Source: the human T2T-CHM13v2.0 reference genome, Homo sapiens
Length of the DNA stretch: 64,000 nt
NCBI GenBank assembly: GCA_009914755.4
Contig: CP068257.2
Span: forward strand, 25,472,001 to 25,536,000
Reading direction: 5' to 3'
Positions 1 through 13,763 of the stretch are shown here, one piece after another. Below the pieces are notes generated by a model that worked only from the letters and a program-made list of their open reading frames with translations, did no database searches and was not told the origin of the DNA. Position 1 is the stretch's first letter. Each line of letters starts with the position of its first letter. Position numbers and translations under genes: made by a program.

Positions 1-2620
1 ACCTGGGCTATTCCCTACTCTCTTTCTTTGGGTCAAATAAATCATTCAGCCTTTTCAGGATATCGGTCTCCTCAACTGTAAACCGAGTAATCTCTATCTT
101 AGAAATAATGCTGGCCTTATGGACTTGTGAACTTTCTTTACAAGGTTGCCCAAAAGGCTGCCCAGGTTGAGCACTGCACAACTCAGTGGTGCAATTCACA
201 TAGATGCACTCGGCAGGGATGACTGCTTCTTCTCCCTCTTTTCATCCATGGAGGAGTGGGTTAAGTAACCAGATATACCACTTTTTCCTTGCATTAAGAA
301 GTATGGCCTATTACAGAAATTATTTACGCACATTACCAAAAACAATCAAGAGAACAGAGGATATTAACCACACTTAGAGGATTTACTTTCTGTTTTTACC
401 ACTTAATCCTTAAATGGAATGGCTCTTGGGGATTCTCTAGAATTGAGGATTTACAGCCAGCCATAAAGACTGTTTAGGGCAGGATTATAAAACTAAAAAA
501 AAATCAAAAATATATTCATCTAAGAACACCTTTTTTTGAGGAAAGGGTACAACCACCCACTTTTACATGCAGAATGTCCAGTAGATAGAAGAAAGCCCTA
601 GCTATGTTTGCAGCTTATGGCACTTCACATATAGGAGAATGTGTGGCTGTGTTATAAACCCAAATGAGCACAGCTGTTAGAAATAAGGTGCTGTCTATGG
701 AATTCAGGACTGAGGCCAGATTTGCCGCTGTAGCACATCTTTTTTTAAGCACGTGATTCCACATTTCACTTCACCACTTGATTTCAGGGAACTCAGAAAT
801 TGCTACAGGGGAAAAAAAGCATAATCAATTCTTACTATTCACTGGAATGATGCCAATGGAAAATTAATGAGCTTTTCTGTAATTGTTGAATAGTCTCAAC
901 TGATGAATTATTGGGCCCTCTAGGACATCATCCAAAGAGATCTACATGGTCACAGAATGTTAAAACTGGTAAAAGCCTTAGTCGTCATCTTGACTGTATC
1001 TGACCCAAGTTAAGCATGCGTGCCTCTGGCTCTGGGCTCTGCCCCTTCAGTAGGGTCTGCACTGTGCCTGCTGATGCAGGAGCAGAACTGGCTCTGACAC
1101 CCCGGTCTGGCCCAACTGCACACACATTGGCTGTGCTTTTTCCATCATCTGCTGGGCTCAAAGAATCAGTATGGAGGGTGAGATATGGCTTCCCTACCAG
1201 AGAAACTTGGATGGAAAACCTAAAAGTACAGAAGCATTAACAACCATTGGGGCAAGCTTTCATAGTGAGATGCAGGGAACTGAAAGGAGCCTGAAGATGC
1301 CCTCTCCTCCCTTTCTTCACGTGATAAATTTTTGAAATCTAGACATACAACATGATCTCCTGGAGACATTTGTAATGTCTAAGCAACAGACTGTTTTTCT
1401 TTGAAGGCTGTGGCCAGTTCAATAACTTCCTACCTTTTACTTGCTTTCTTTCCTTTTGTGTCTTGTTTTCCTTCTTCTTCCATGCTTGTTGCCCTGAGAT
1501 TATATCTCCTCTCTCCCCTCAAAATATAACTGTGCCAGCTTCACATGAGGCTTTTTTGTTTGTTTGTTTCAGAACTTGGGCAAGACTTGTTTACAGAAGA
1601 GGAAACTGAGACTCAGAGCAATTAAATTACTTTTCCATGGTCAAAGATTGCAAAGTATATATTTTTTAAAAGTTTGTTTCTTTTGCTCTCATTATCAGCT
1701 ATGATAAAGCTACCCTGTTATCAATATCCAACTGAAGCACCCCGCTTCACCACATAGCGTTCCCACACTTTGCAATTTATGCTGATTGTTCTCTCGATTG
1801 AGTAAAACAAATGCTTTTTGATTTTGCCTTTATTTGCATCTTTTCATCTCACAATTTCAGACGGAGCATGCCTTATCTCCATGTGAATTAAGTTCCCTGA
1901 GAACAAGGAGCCCATTTTGATTTTTTTGTTCCCCAGAGTTTTGAGTACAGCGAGGGCCTTCCATGAAGGTTTTATGAAGAGCTCCGCTTCAGTGAAAGAG
2001 AACTCTTCTCTCCAGTAACAGCAGGACTCCGGGGGAACCCTGCACCAACCACCAGAACCTATTAGAAATACCAAATGACAAATGTTTCTTATCCTCCAGT
2101 TCTCAGGCCTAGCGTTTGGCTCTTTATCTTTAACATCATTTCGTCTGCCCTTTAGCTTTTTTTGAGTCTTGCATTAATTATTTTATATGAAGAGTATATT
2201 CTGTCTGAAGGTCAAAACCTATAAGAGAACATGCTGCTTCCACTACAGCTTCCAGAAAACTTGTAAAACCTAGCATATAGTTAAGTGCCTTGAAGGTACA
2301 CATTATTAATTAAGATTTACTACATGCGTTTGATAAAGGAAAATTTGTAAAAATTATAAGTAAAAGATGATTATAGTAGGAAAAGCAATGAATTTGAAAT
2401 GAGTAGCTCGGCATTCAAATCTTAGAGTTATACCATCTGTATAACTCCCTTTCCTCTTCTATAAAATGAGGAAGGTTCCTATAGGACCCTAATCACAGGA
2501 AAGATACATAACAATGTGATTTAAATATTGTTAAGAAAAAAATATATGTCACACTTTCAAGTCAAGTCAAGCATATCTCTTTGAAATGGATAAATGAGGT
2601 AGTGCCAAGCCAAATTGCAA

Positions 2621-2925
2621 TTTTTTTTTTTTTTTTTTTTTGAGATGGAGTCGCGCTCTGTCGCCCAGTCTGGAGCGCAGTTGCACGATCTCGGCTCACT
2701 GCAAGCTCCGCCTCCCGGGTTCACGCCATTCTCCTGCCTCAGCCTCCTGAGTAGCCGGGACTGCAGGCGCCCGCCACCACGCCCGGCTAATTTTTTGTAT
2801 TTTTTTTAGTAGAGACCGGGCTTCGCTGTGTTAGCCAGGATAATCTCGATCTCTGACCTTGTGATCCGCCCGCTTCGGCCTCCCAAAGTGGTGGTATTAC
2901 AGGTGTGAGCCACCGCGCCCGGCCC
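2621..2925 (-). mobile_element. Alu SINE, near full length (AluY/S-like)
   Basis: Poly-T run 2621-2641, then the reverse complement of the Alu consensus (gagatggagtcgcgctctgtcgcccag ... ccgcgcccggcc). CpG-rich, which suggests a young subfamily. Imperfect flanking direct repeat caaattgcaa / caagctgcaag. Confidence 0.95.
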
Positions 2926-4531
2926 CCCAAGCTGCAAGATTACTTTCGGGGCATTTGTCAGTTTTGAGCTGTTCCATCTCTTGAAATACATTACCTTGAC
3001 CAACAGGGCATCATTCTCCCTTTTTATCCTCTTTTCTCCTTCAGGATCCTTTTCAGGATTTTTAAGTCATTCCCTACACATATATCATGGGCTCATCTCA
3101 TTTTACCTTCCATAGTAAGAACTACTTCTGGGGAAAAATAATCTGTTACAGACAGTCGCAATCAAGCAATCTCATGAAGCATGACTGCCAGTGAGTCTAT
3201 GACTTATTCCAAGCCCTGTTAATGAATTCCATTTTGGGTCAGTTTCAGAATTCTGTTGTTTGTGAAAAAAATGAACTAAAAGAAACTCACTTAATATGAG
3301 TGCTCTGTGAGATAACCTGGAAAGTGAGGTGATTGTATAGGAGGGGTCATTTGAGCTGGATTTATGCAGACTTGGGATTCAAGTAGATAGTTTCACTTCC
3401 TGTGTGATACCTTCTCAGAATCCTCTCCTTTAATTTATTCGATTACTGTCTCGTTTACGTTCTCATTGTCTCTGAGCAAGACTGTAGAGACACTGTCTGC
3501 CCTCAGCTCTCTGTCTCTAATATTTCCAAGGGCAGCAGCTCTGTATTGACCATCTCGGTCACTATTTTTATTTGTACTACTCCTGTATCTAAATGTCTTC
3601 ATCACTGTTCCTAGCCTCTTTGAAAAACTCATCCCAGCAAAAGCCCATCATTGACACTCCATTCTAGAGTACAAATTTGTTCTAGCAAAAACTTTCAAAT
3701 AAAATTGATTTCTGTGGTGTTGCCCACATGCAAATGCTTATTCTAAACTGTGGCTTTGAGCATATTTGCGTAGTTGTTTTAGCTTTTGGTGTTGCTATAA
3801 TGTTTGTTCCACTGTGTTTTCACTCACTGAAGAATAATACACATGATCTTTCTTAGGGCTGATTTTTCCTACCTAAAGTATATGTTGAAATTCAATTTCA
3901 TGTTAAACTTTTGGAGTTAATTTTAAGTAAATCTAAAACTGACTTGTGGTGATGGGTGAGATGGGCATCAGGAAGTAGAATAACATCGAAAATTTATCAA
4001 CACAATTAATGTATACCTTTAAGGGCCTAGAATAGTAATATAAAGAGGCGTATTCAGGTTGGTTAATATGATTAATTTTTTTGTATTTCGAAATAGAAAA
4101 GAGATGAGCTCTATATTTTTTTGATTTTTAACTTTGTTCTATTTCATTATTTTCTTAAAGACAGCTGTTCTGGAAGAGGATAGTAATATAAATGTGAAAA
4201 AGTAGCACTATTAATCAGATTATTATATGACTAGAATTTCAAATTTCTGTGCATTAATGGCAGGAATTAGTAACTCTCTTTTCCTTTCAATTATTTATTC
4301 AGAATTACCATTTTGTTTTATGCCCATCACTCTCTATATTTGTTTTAATTATTTTTATAAGCTTATATCCTGTATTTTATGTTTTCTGTATATGATACTG
4401 AGCTTGTTTCAACACATAACAGTAACTTATGCTTTCTTATCTAGTGTTTCTTCTCCCTTTTTTCCATAGAAATTTCTTGACTAAGTTTATTTTTAATTAT
4501 AATTCTTATTTCAGACATAAAACTTTAATTA

Positions 4532-4603
4532 TTAGGTAATTGCAGCTTTTGCCATTACTTTTTAAAAATGGCAAAAAACGCTATTACTTTTGCACCAACC
4601 TAA
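4532..4603. mobile_element. MADE1 (mariner-derived MITE), left TIR partly deleted
   Basis: ttaggt-aattgcagcttttgccattactttttaaaaatggcaaaaaacgctattacttttgcaccaacctaa matches the ~80-bp MADE1 palindromic consensus (ttaggttggtgcaaaagtaattgcggtttttgccatt...). It shares the same TIR as the Hsmar1 copy at 43272. Confidence 0.7.
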
Positions 4604-6070
4604 TGCTATAATGGAGAATAGTCATTTTAAAAAGTAGCTCAATGTTTCCATATTTTAATCTTTATTTCTCAGGTGAAAGAGTATTAACATTGGAAACCAC
4701 TTTTATGTAAGCCTAATTCCTGCTTTTAGGAGTGAAGTAATATTCTACCAACATTTACATTTTCTTGTACCTTTCCAACCCCATTTCCTTCTGAAAACAT
4801 ACATGAAGATTTCAGTATGTTAATCCTGTTTAAGTCTCTAGGTTAAGATTGCCAAGCACAGTTGGTTTCTTCTCTTTAATGTATCTTTCTTTCTTCATTA
4901 GACTGCAGTCAACAGCTCATTTAATTAACAGGAGTAAGAGACAAAATGCAAATATTTTTAGACCTCTGTAGAAAGACAGAAAAACTCGACACCTTGTCAA
5001 ATCAACGTTAGATTTTTGACGTTAGATAGGATCACCTACTTTTTAAATCTGTGTAGTTACAATAATATCTTTTGAGTTATTGGAATTAGATTTCCCTGAT
5101 GAAGAAAAGCTTGAAAATTGAATTATGATACGAACATTTAGTATGGTTGAATATCATGAGGCTGAGTGAGTATTAAATAGTTTACAGAAGAAAATGTCTG
5201 GTGTTCACTCCATTAATATGGATAAAAATGGAGGAAAATGAAGCATCTGATGTTGCATCAGTATGCAATATCATTAACACCATTTATTCATTAAATATGC
5301 TATATAGCGTACATCAGTTAGGTATTTATATGTCCATTTTTTCATGTCAGAAACAACTTGTGCCACTTAACAAGAGAACTTTTCATGGTTCTGTGTTTCA
5401 TCCTTGATGCCTACATTATTACTTGGTTCTGAACAGCCCTGAATAGCTAACCAATCAAGGTTAATTGAGAAAAAAGATATCACTGGCTTTAGCCTTATCA
5501 TGATTTGATGCTTTAGTCACCTGTGGTTAAGTAACTTAGACACTACCAGCTTGGTCATAATAGAGTGGGCATTCCTGGTTTCATAAAATCACTTCCATGG
5601 GTAACTTTATAATATTATGATAGATGTATGAAATATATTCCTGAAAAAAAGAAATGCCCTTTCCATTACATGCATTTGGCATTGATATGTGCTTTATAAA
5701 GGTCGTTTAAGATTTGGCAGTCCTCTGACATCTCACAATAATTTTCACAATTTTTAGTACAATAGTAAAATGTTCATTCTTCTAAAAATCATTCTTAACT
5801 TGGACTGACTGAATAATTCTTTGTCATTTCTTAAATGTGCATGGAAATTCTGAAGAGTTCTATTGCTCCTCCTCAAATTTTCTGAATTAATTCAATATGA
5901 AGAAATTATATTTCCTTCAGTCATTTTTAAATTAAATTTCTGGCTTCTTGAAGTGGAAGATGGAGGTGGAATGGAGTAGAGGTGTGGTGAGGGGGAAAAT
6001 ACATTTAATTCAACTATTAAGAAGTCACGTTTTGTGGCAAATGGTCACCTGCAGATCTTTTATTAACACC

Positions 6071-6095
6071 ATTTATTTATTTATTTATTTATTTG
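6071..6095. repeat. (TTTA)n microsatellite
   Basis: atttatttatttatttatttattt seen directly. Confidence 0.9.
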
Positions 6096-9000
6096 GTTAC
6101 TCATTCATCAGTCATACTACACACCAGTCATATATTTTGACTGTCTATTTTCAGCACCTATTTGAGATTAAAAAGGTAAATAAGACACGGTCCTTAAGCT
6201 AAAGGAATTCACAGTCAAAAGGACTACGTCCTACCTAGATTAAATTACATTATGCTTTTTACATTGCATTATGCTTTTTAGGAAATTAATGAAAACTTTT
6301 TACTTCTTCCACAATTATTAGCAATCAAATTTTGAAAGCATGAAACTTATGCAGAGCAAGGAATCTTTCAAAATCAAAACTGAAAAGGATGAATTATAGA
6401 ATCTGGAATGAGGTTTTCAAAATGTAGATGGAGCTTATTTGAAAACAGAGACATTTTCATTAGCTTTGTTAAGCAATCTATCCAATGAATAGAATCAAAT
6501 GAGAACCCTTAGATTTTTAATTTAGCCTTTAGTTCCAAAGAAATTTTGTATTTATGACTTACTTTATATAAAAAAGTTTTAAACATAACCAAAAGGCATT
6601 TATGCTTAAAATATTACCAATCCCGTATATAATCTATTATTTAATGTCTTCAATTTTTTCACTTGCTCTCATAATTTTGTTTCTTTTTTTCTGCAGTTTA
6701 TTTTTTTTAGTTAAGTTCCAAAATATGGCCCATGCTTTGCATCTCTTGGATATTCTCTGAAGTCTTTTTAATTTATACACTTCCTCTTCCTTTTTTTTTT
6801 ATCCTTGCAAATTGTTTGCCAAATAAACAGGCTCATTTGATCTGTAGAGTTTTCTTATATTCTGGACTTTGCTGACTGCATCTTGCAAAGTCGTTAATAT
6901 GTGGTGTTTTTGTGTGTTTTCTGAAAATTTCTAGCAAGATATAGATGCTTGCTCAGATTCAGCTCCCCAGTTTGTGATAAGAATCCTCCTCCATAGGTGG
7001 TCATGTGTCTTCTATTGGGAAGTATATAGTGTTAGGTTGTTTCTCTTTTGTGACATTAGGAGCAATTAATAATCATTGTCTAGTTGCGTTATTTTATTAG
7101 AGTTCAACAAGATGGTGATATTTTAATTCAATCATCACTTTTCTTTTAATTAACTGGACTATTTTTATAAAGACAATCTCCCCAAAGTATTAATTTACTC
7201 TAGGTATAACTCGCAAAAGAAAGGCAGTTAAATACTTATTTTTCCTTTATTAATCAGTTAGCAGAAGAGAGAATTGGCTCTAAACCATCTTCCAAATGTG
7301 ATAAACAGCTATTTTCACCTAAATATCATTAGAAACTCACAGACTTTAGCATACCTGATATATTTGAATTTATTGCAGTTTTTATTAAATTGATGCTAAA
7401 TTTGGCAGTGGACCATCATTTGTTTCCTTTTACAAAATCCCAGTAGTCTCTGATAGTTTCTTTGCTTTCTGGTAAAGCAAGATTTTCTAGACATTTGTGT
7501 GCATTTCCTGTCTGAGACCTCGACCAGTTCTTTTCCTGAAAATCTCTGATTTCTTGTATAATGCAAAATGATTATAAAAGACCATGGTCTGAATACTAGT
7601 ACAATTTTTAAGCGTAGACCATTTACTGTGAACATACTGGCAAACATGAATATTTCTGTTTCTTCTTCTACTGCTAGAATATACTTCTCTGTGTGCTTTA
7701 CTATTGACTTGGGATTCAACGGATGGAGTAAAAGGGGTTTTACTGAAGATGACACTTGTCACTTTCAAGAGAGAGCACTTAAGAACGAGTGTAGAATTTT
7801 CCTTGGGCTATTCCAGTGCAAGGAATAGAAACTGTTCAAAATCATAACAGAACGATGAATCTGTCATCAGCTTGAGTGATTACAGAGCTCACAGCCACTC
7901 CCATTGATCCACATTCATCATACTGCACACATGAGAGTTAACCCTTTGTCTTTGAAGCCTCTGAAAAATTTGTATAATATACTACCAAAATATAATTCTG
8001 ACTGGTGTAACATTTTGTTTTTACACAAAAATGAATGCTATTTCAACTTTCTGCCTTACCTTCAATCCACAGTCTAAAACTGGTGAATACAGCTAAACTT
8101 CTATACCTCACTAAAGGCAGTTCATTCTCTTTTAGAACTTTCAGGTTATTTATACTTCTTCTGACATATGGTTTTTTAAATTGTAATATAATGACTCTAA
8201 GTGCTGATCACCTTGTAAACATACCTCTGGATTGTTTTCAGTAAGTCCTGATTTGAATCGCTTTGTCCTGGTGCTAGTCTATGAGACATATTAGTTTCAC
8301 TGATTTTGTTTAAGTGCAAATGTATATATTCTGTCACGTACATATTCTGTAAATTATATTGTGTTGATGATTTGACTAAATAATTCCATTTTTTTGGACT
8401 ATGGAGATATAATGTTATGTCATAGAATATTTTCAATGTAGGTCATTGTAGCAATAAACTTACTTTGTTCTGGAAAATATTTTGGTGATGCATAAGAATT
8501 TCAGGCTCCAGGATATCTACTACTCCTGCTACATGACTACATATAATAAAGCCCTCTTCTCTGTGACAGAGTCAACATATAAGATAATGCTGGCACAGGC
8601 CAGGTACTTACTGGATATTTATTACATGAAAGAATAATTGTGGCTGCTATAGCTGGATCTTCTTTGAGCTCTTAGTTGATTTCTTTTGTCAGGAAAAATA
8701 GATTCATAATGTTAATATTTTATATACATTTACTTGAAAATTTCTGTTAGAGTCAGAATAAGTGCAAAAAATTGTGCTTGATTTATACTTTTTTTTGAAA
8801 GTATAGTAGGGTGCTACTGGTGTTCCACCTAGATCCCCTTCACAGGCTAGTATGCACATCCCCCCACTGCTAGAAGTGTTGGCTGCATATCCCCCAAATT
8901 TAACCCCTTTCCCACATGGGAAGTGCTTGGTAAATAGTTATACTCCAATGCCACCACCATGCAAATGACTGCCCATAGTAAATGACTTACTGATATGGGG

Positions 9001-9440
9001 TACAAAGGCCAACCCCCTTGCCTCAAGGTGGGCCAACTCTGTGGTGTGATTTTTCTCCAGAGCACCCTGTGAATCAGGCCAAGGTTAAACTTCACCTGAG
9101 ACCTCATCCTTGCTCAGCTCTTTGTCTTCCTTATATTGTTTCTCTCACTCCCTTATGTTTTTTTTTTCCTTTTCATGATGAGCAATCCATCAATACAACA
9201 TATGTATCCAAAAATTCCTGTTTTAGGCTCTGTTTCTAGAACATCTGATCTAAAACAGCTGGTTCAAGGAGTGGCCTTAAAAAGCAGTCTCAAAGGATAG
9301 ATTTTGGAGTTGAATTTATCACTGGCTACATGACAGTGAGTACCACATTGCTGAAGGTAGGTGGAGAATCTGTGAATCACAGTTCCCTGGAATCCTGCAG
9401 CAATTAAATTGTTAAGATTTTTCATTCACAATGAACTGAG

Positions 9441-11711
9441 TGTATAAGTCTGTTCTCACACTGCTAATAAAGACATACCCAATACTGGGTAATTTATAAA
9501 AGAAAGAGATTTAATTGACTCACAGTTCCACGTGGCTGGGGAGGCCTTACAATCAGGATGGAAGGTGAATAAGGAGCAAAGTCACGTCTTATATGGTGGC
9601 AGGCAAGAGAGCTTATGCAGGGGAACTCTCATGTATGAAACCATCAGATCTTGTGGGACTTATTTACTACCACAATAACGGTACGGGGGAAAGTGCCCCC
9701 ATGATTCAATTTCTCCACATGGCCCTGCCCTTGACACATGGGGATTATTACAATTCAAGATGAGATTTCAGTGGGGACACAACCAAACCATAATATTCCA
9801 CCCCTGGCCCCTCCCAAATGTCATGTCCTCACATTTCAAAACCAATCACACTTTCCCACCTGTCCTCCAAAGTCTTAACTCCTTTCAGTATTAGCTCAAA
9901 AGTCCACATCCAAAGTCTCATCTGAGACAAGGTAAGTCCCTTCCTCTTATGAGCCTGTAAAATCAAAAGCAAGTTAGTTACTTTCTAGATGCAATGAGGG
10001 TACAGGCATTGGGTAAATACACCTGTTCCAAATGGGAGAAATTGGCCAAAACAGAGGGTCTACAGGCCCCATGCAAGTCCAAAATCCAACAGGGAAGTCA
10101 AATCTTAAAGCTCCAAAATGACCCCCTTTGACCCCATGTCTCACATCCAGGTCATGCTGATGCAAGAGGTAGGCTCCCAAGGCCTTGGGCAGCTCTGCCT
10201 CTGTGGCTTTGGAGGGTACAGCCCTTTTCCTGGCTAGTTTCATGGGCTGGCATCAAGTGTTTGCAGGTTTTTCCAGGCTCAAGGTACAAGCTGTTGGTGG
10301 ATCTACAATTCTGGGATCTGGAGGATGGTGGCCTTCTTCTTACAATTCCACAAGGCGGTGCCCCAGTGGGGACTCTGTGTTGGGGCTCCAACCCCACATT
10401 TCCCTTCCACACTGCCTTAGCAGAGGTTCTGCAAGAGGGTTCTGCCCTTGCAGCAAACTTCAGCCTGGATATCCAGGAGTTTCCATATGTCTTCTGAAAT
10501 CTAGGCAGAGGTTCCCAAATCTCAATTCTTGATTTCTGGGCACCCACAGGCTCTTGCATCCTCTGAAGCAATGTGCTGAACTCTATATTGGCCCATTTTA
10601 GACACTGCTGGAGCTGAAGCATCTGGCATACAGCGCACCATATCCTGAGGCTGCATAGAGTAGGAGGGCCTTGGGCCTGGCCCAGGAAACCATTTTTCAC
10701 CCCTAGACCTCCAGGCATTTGATGGAAGAGGCTGCTGCAAAGGTCTCTGACATGCCCTGGAGACATTTTCCCCATTGTCTTGGGGATTAACATTTGGCTC
10801 CTCGTTACTTACGCAAATCTTTGCAGCAAGCTTGAATTTCTCTCCAGAAAATGGGATTTTTTTTCTACCTCATGGTCAGGCTGCAAATTTTCCAAACTTT
10901 TACACTCTGCTTCTTCTTGAAAGCTTTGCCGCTTAGAAATTTCTTCCCCCAATACCCTAAATCATCTCTCTCAAGTTCAAAGTTCCACAGATCTCTAGGG
11001 CAGGGGCAAAATGCTGCCAGTCTCTTTGCATAGCAAGAGTGTCCTTTACTCCAGTTCCCAGCAAGTTTCTTATCTCCATCTGAGTCCACTTCGGCCTGGA
11101 TTTCATTTTACATATCACTATCAGCATTTTGGTCATAGACATTCAACAAGTCTCTAGGAAGTTCCAAACTTTCCCACATCTTCCTGTCTTCTGAACCCTC
11201 CAAGTATCTAGAAAGTTCCAAACTTTTCCACAGTTTTCCATTTTTTTTTTCTGAGCCCTCCAAACTGTTCCAACCTCTGTCACCCATTTTCAAAGTCACT
11301 TTCACATTTTTGGGTATCTTTACAGCTGCACCCCACTCTACTGGTACCAATTTACTGTATTAGTCTCTTCTCATGCTGCTAATAAGGACATACCCGAGAC
11401 TGGGTAATGTATAAAGGAAAGAGGTTTAAGTGATTCACAGTTCCACATGGCTGGGGAGGCCTCACATTCATGGCAGAAGGCGAATGAGGAGCAAAGTCAC
11501 ATCTTACGTGGATGCAGACAACAGAGCTTGTGCAGGGAGACTCCTATTTATAAAACCATCAGATCCTGTGAGACTTCTTCACAACCACAGGAAGAGTATG
11601 AGCAAAATTGCCCCCATGATTCAGTTATCTCCACCTGGCCCTGCCCTTGACATGTAGAGATTATTACAATTCAAGGTGAGATTTGGGTGGGGACACAGGC
11701 AAACCATATCA
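9441..11711 (-). mobile_element. Full-length THE1-type ERVL-MaLR retrotransposon (LTR-internal-LTR), 2271 bp
   Basis: Both LTRs (9441-9793 and 11356-11711, about 355 bp each) are the reverse complement of the THE1 LTR consensus (tgatatggtttggctgtgtccccacccaaatctcatcttgaattgta...gggtatgtctttattagcag...ctaataca). The 1.56-kb interior matches THE1-int as I remember it (e.g. ...caacaagtctctaggaagttccaaactttcccacatcttcctgtcttctgaaccctccaa...ctggtaccaatttactgtattagtc). Perfect 5-bp TSD CTGAG at 9436-9440 and 11712-11716. Confidence 0.85.
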
Positions 11712-12228
11712 CTGAGATAAAATGCAGGTGGAAAAGAGGCACTGGCTTGGGCAATATGTGGTGTTTGAGAGATAGAGGGAAATGGTAACTAGAAGACTAA
11801 GATATTGAGTATTGTTCATGATTTGAGAAGTGAAAATAACTGGCCCTAAGGAGATCAAACACAAATTCAGAAAGACATGTGAATGTCAGAGTCTCACTGG
11901 CAGTACTTTAAAAGCCTGAGAAATGACCAATTTAAAAACTAGGTTTATTGCCTAATGATAAGAGTAGAACTTAAGAGATAACTGAATAATCAGATTATCA
12001 AAATGCTGCCAAAGTAAAGCCTCTCATAAGGAATAAGTGGGGACTTGAAAAAACTTGGGTGGGAAGTGCTCTTAAAACTTTTGAATTTCTAGATTCTTGT
12101 AAACCCCCTGAACCTGAACAAGCATCCCCCTCCTCTCTGTTGAAAGACATAACCTCTCCAGATCCCACTTGCTTGAAGACATCTAAGAGCTCTCAAATGT
12201 GTCAGTTGCCTTACAAGACAATGCTTGC

Positions 12229-12495
12229 TGTCTTAGTCCATTTGGGCTGATGTAACAAGATACTATAGACTGGGTGATTTATAAACAGCATACATTATTT
12301 TCTACCGGTCTGGAGGATGGGAAGTCCAAGATCAAGGTGCCTGCAGATTCAGTGTCTTGTAAGGGTCTTCTCCTCCATAAACAACCAACTTCTCACTCTG
12401 CAATCACATGCAGAAGGGCTGAGGGATCTCTTGTAGTCCTTAGGAACACTGTTCCAACCCATTTATTATGTGATATGAAAGGTCATTTGCTGTAA
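12229..12495 (+). mobile_element. MaLR-type LTR fragment (MLT1-like; family assignment tentative)
   Basis: Begins tgtcttagtccatttgggctg...gactgggtgatttataaa...tctggaggatgggaagtccaagatcaaggtgcctgcag, the characteristic 5' part of a very common old mammalian LTR family. The 3' part is truncated. Confidence 0.5.
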
Positions 12496-12940
12496 GTGGG
12501 ATCCAGAGAAAGATATTTCTTGGCAGCTATTATAAGCAGTCTTGCCCATACAGCCTTATCATCCTGTAGAGCTCGTGATACTAGAAGTATCAGTGGTTTA
12601 AAACAAAACAAAAAGATACCATGTGCAGTCTGAAAAATATCTAAAGGAGCCATGCAATGAAAATTCCTAGTGTCCTGCAGCAAGGTTATGCCGTCTGTAG
12701 TAGGGAACCATGCACGCTAAAAAAGCAGTTTCTGGTATGCACCGAGCTCTGCTCCAGACAGAGCATGCAACTGTAGAACAGTAAGTGGCCCTGTCTCTAA
12801 AACTGACCAACATGAGCTGGATACGCTCAGAGCCCTTAAGTTATGAGTTTGGGTGCATAGTGGGAGGAAAGATGATTTTCAATGATTAAGAGTTGGTGAC
12901 TTCCAAAGTTAAAATAACATAGAAATCTCTCATTCTCTCT

Positions 12941-13085
12941 ACTCTGCTAATAGGTATAGAAGCATGCCATGTTTTCATTTAAAGCATCAGCAGAAGGCAA
13001 GAAAGAAAGAATACTTTGTATTGATTGATTGATTATTTGGGTCAATGCCGCTTGACAGATTCTGAAGAACAAGAGGCGAGAATGT
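12941..13085 (+). repeat. Copy A of a ~145-bp low-copy duplicated segment (unclassified)
   Basis: About 88% identical by eye to 15040-15180: ctctgctaataggtatRgaagcatgccat...ttaaagcWtcagcagaaggcRa.aaagaaa...tgattgatt...tttgggtcaaWgccKcttgacagattctgRagaa. Both copies are preceded by a CT-rich tract. Confidence 0.5.
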
Positions 13086-13763
13086 TTTAATCTACCGTGC
13101 TTTGTATATTAGGGAGAACAAAAATGAATTCTTATATGTATATGATATTTGAAGTTCTAGTGAGAGAAGTAGACTTTTTTGAAAGTGTGATGTTGTAGAA
13201 TGAAAGGAGGACATTGTTGGAAATAATTTATGGAAAGAAAAAGAAGCAATAGTTCTAAACTCAATATGATATTAAACTCCATACTTATTCTATAACACTT
13301 CCAAAACAGTAAGGATAATTTTGCAATGGTCTTCAACCGATTTTCAGTTTTTTTATCCAAAGGAATATAGACTGGGTGATAAGCATCTCTCAATCTAAGG
13401 AAGATAGTAAATGATATGACCTCCTCTGAGAAGATTTTGGTACCAAAAAGAATATTCAAGATTAATTTGCTTCCCTTTCCTACTGGGGAGGATCCAGTAA
13501 GTAAGAATAGCAGCGTATATTAAAAAATAAAAAGACTGACTCATAATAATAGTTTTCTCCAAGCCACGACATCAATAACTATCTTTGCCCCTTCAGCATG
13601 TGTTCTGAAGGTAGAGGGATTGAAGTACTCTAGGTGGGCTCCAGACTTAAATGAACAAATGATATGCATGTCATCTCTGATACTCTGCAAAACTTGTGAT
13701 TCCATGATCCTATGAGCTGTATGCCTTTACAGTCTCTTGGTGATCACTAAAAGGGACCAACTC

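Noticed and set aside
1016-1240. 74-aa ORF in a moderately GC-rich patch (MRASGSGLCPFSRVCTVPADAG...)
   Set aside because: There are no start or splice context features, and the sequence looks like a degraded ancient repeat (MIR or L2-like). I could not support either a coding or a specific repeat call, so I left it unannotated.
2615-2809. ORFs beginning [15 protein letters not shown] / [10 protein letters not shown] and similar (2615-2809, 49110-49349, 53467-53826, 55814-56104, 57239-57478, 59078-59438, 60926-61168)
   Set aside because: All are translations of Alu elements (poly-T or poly-A tail plus the Alu body). This is a well-known artefact.
7396-7828. Cluster of 86-119-aa ORFs on both strands
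   Set aside because: This is AT-rich unique DNA with no splice-site context, no CpG enrichment and no recognisable protein similarity. Overlapping frames on both strands again point to chance.
10152-10793. 213-aa minus-strand ORF, the longest in the track
   Set aside because: It lies entirely within the internal (non-coding) region of the full-length THE1 MaLR element at 9441-11711. Its composition is low-complexity (Pro/Gly/Ser/Leu-rich) and it matches no protein I know. It is a chance open frame in repeat DNA, as is the overlapping plus-strand ORF 10185-10532.
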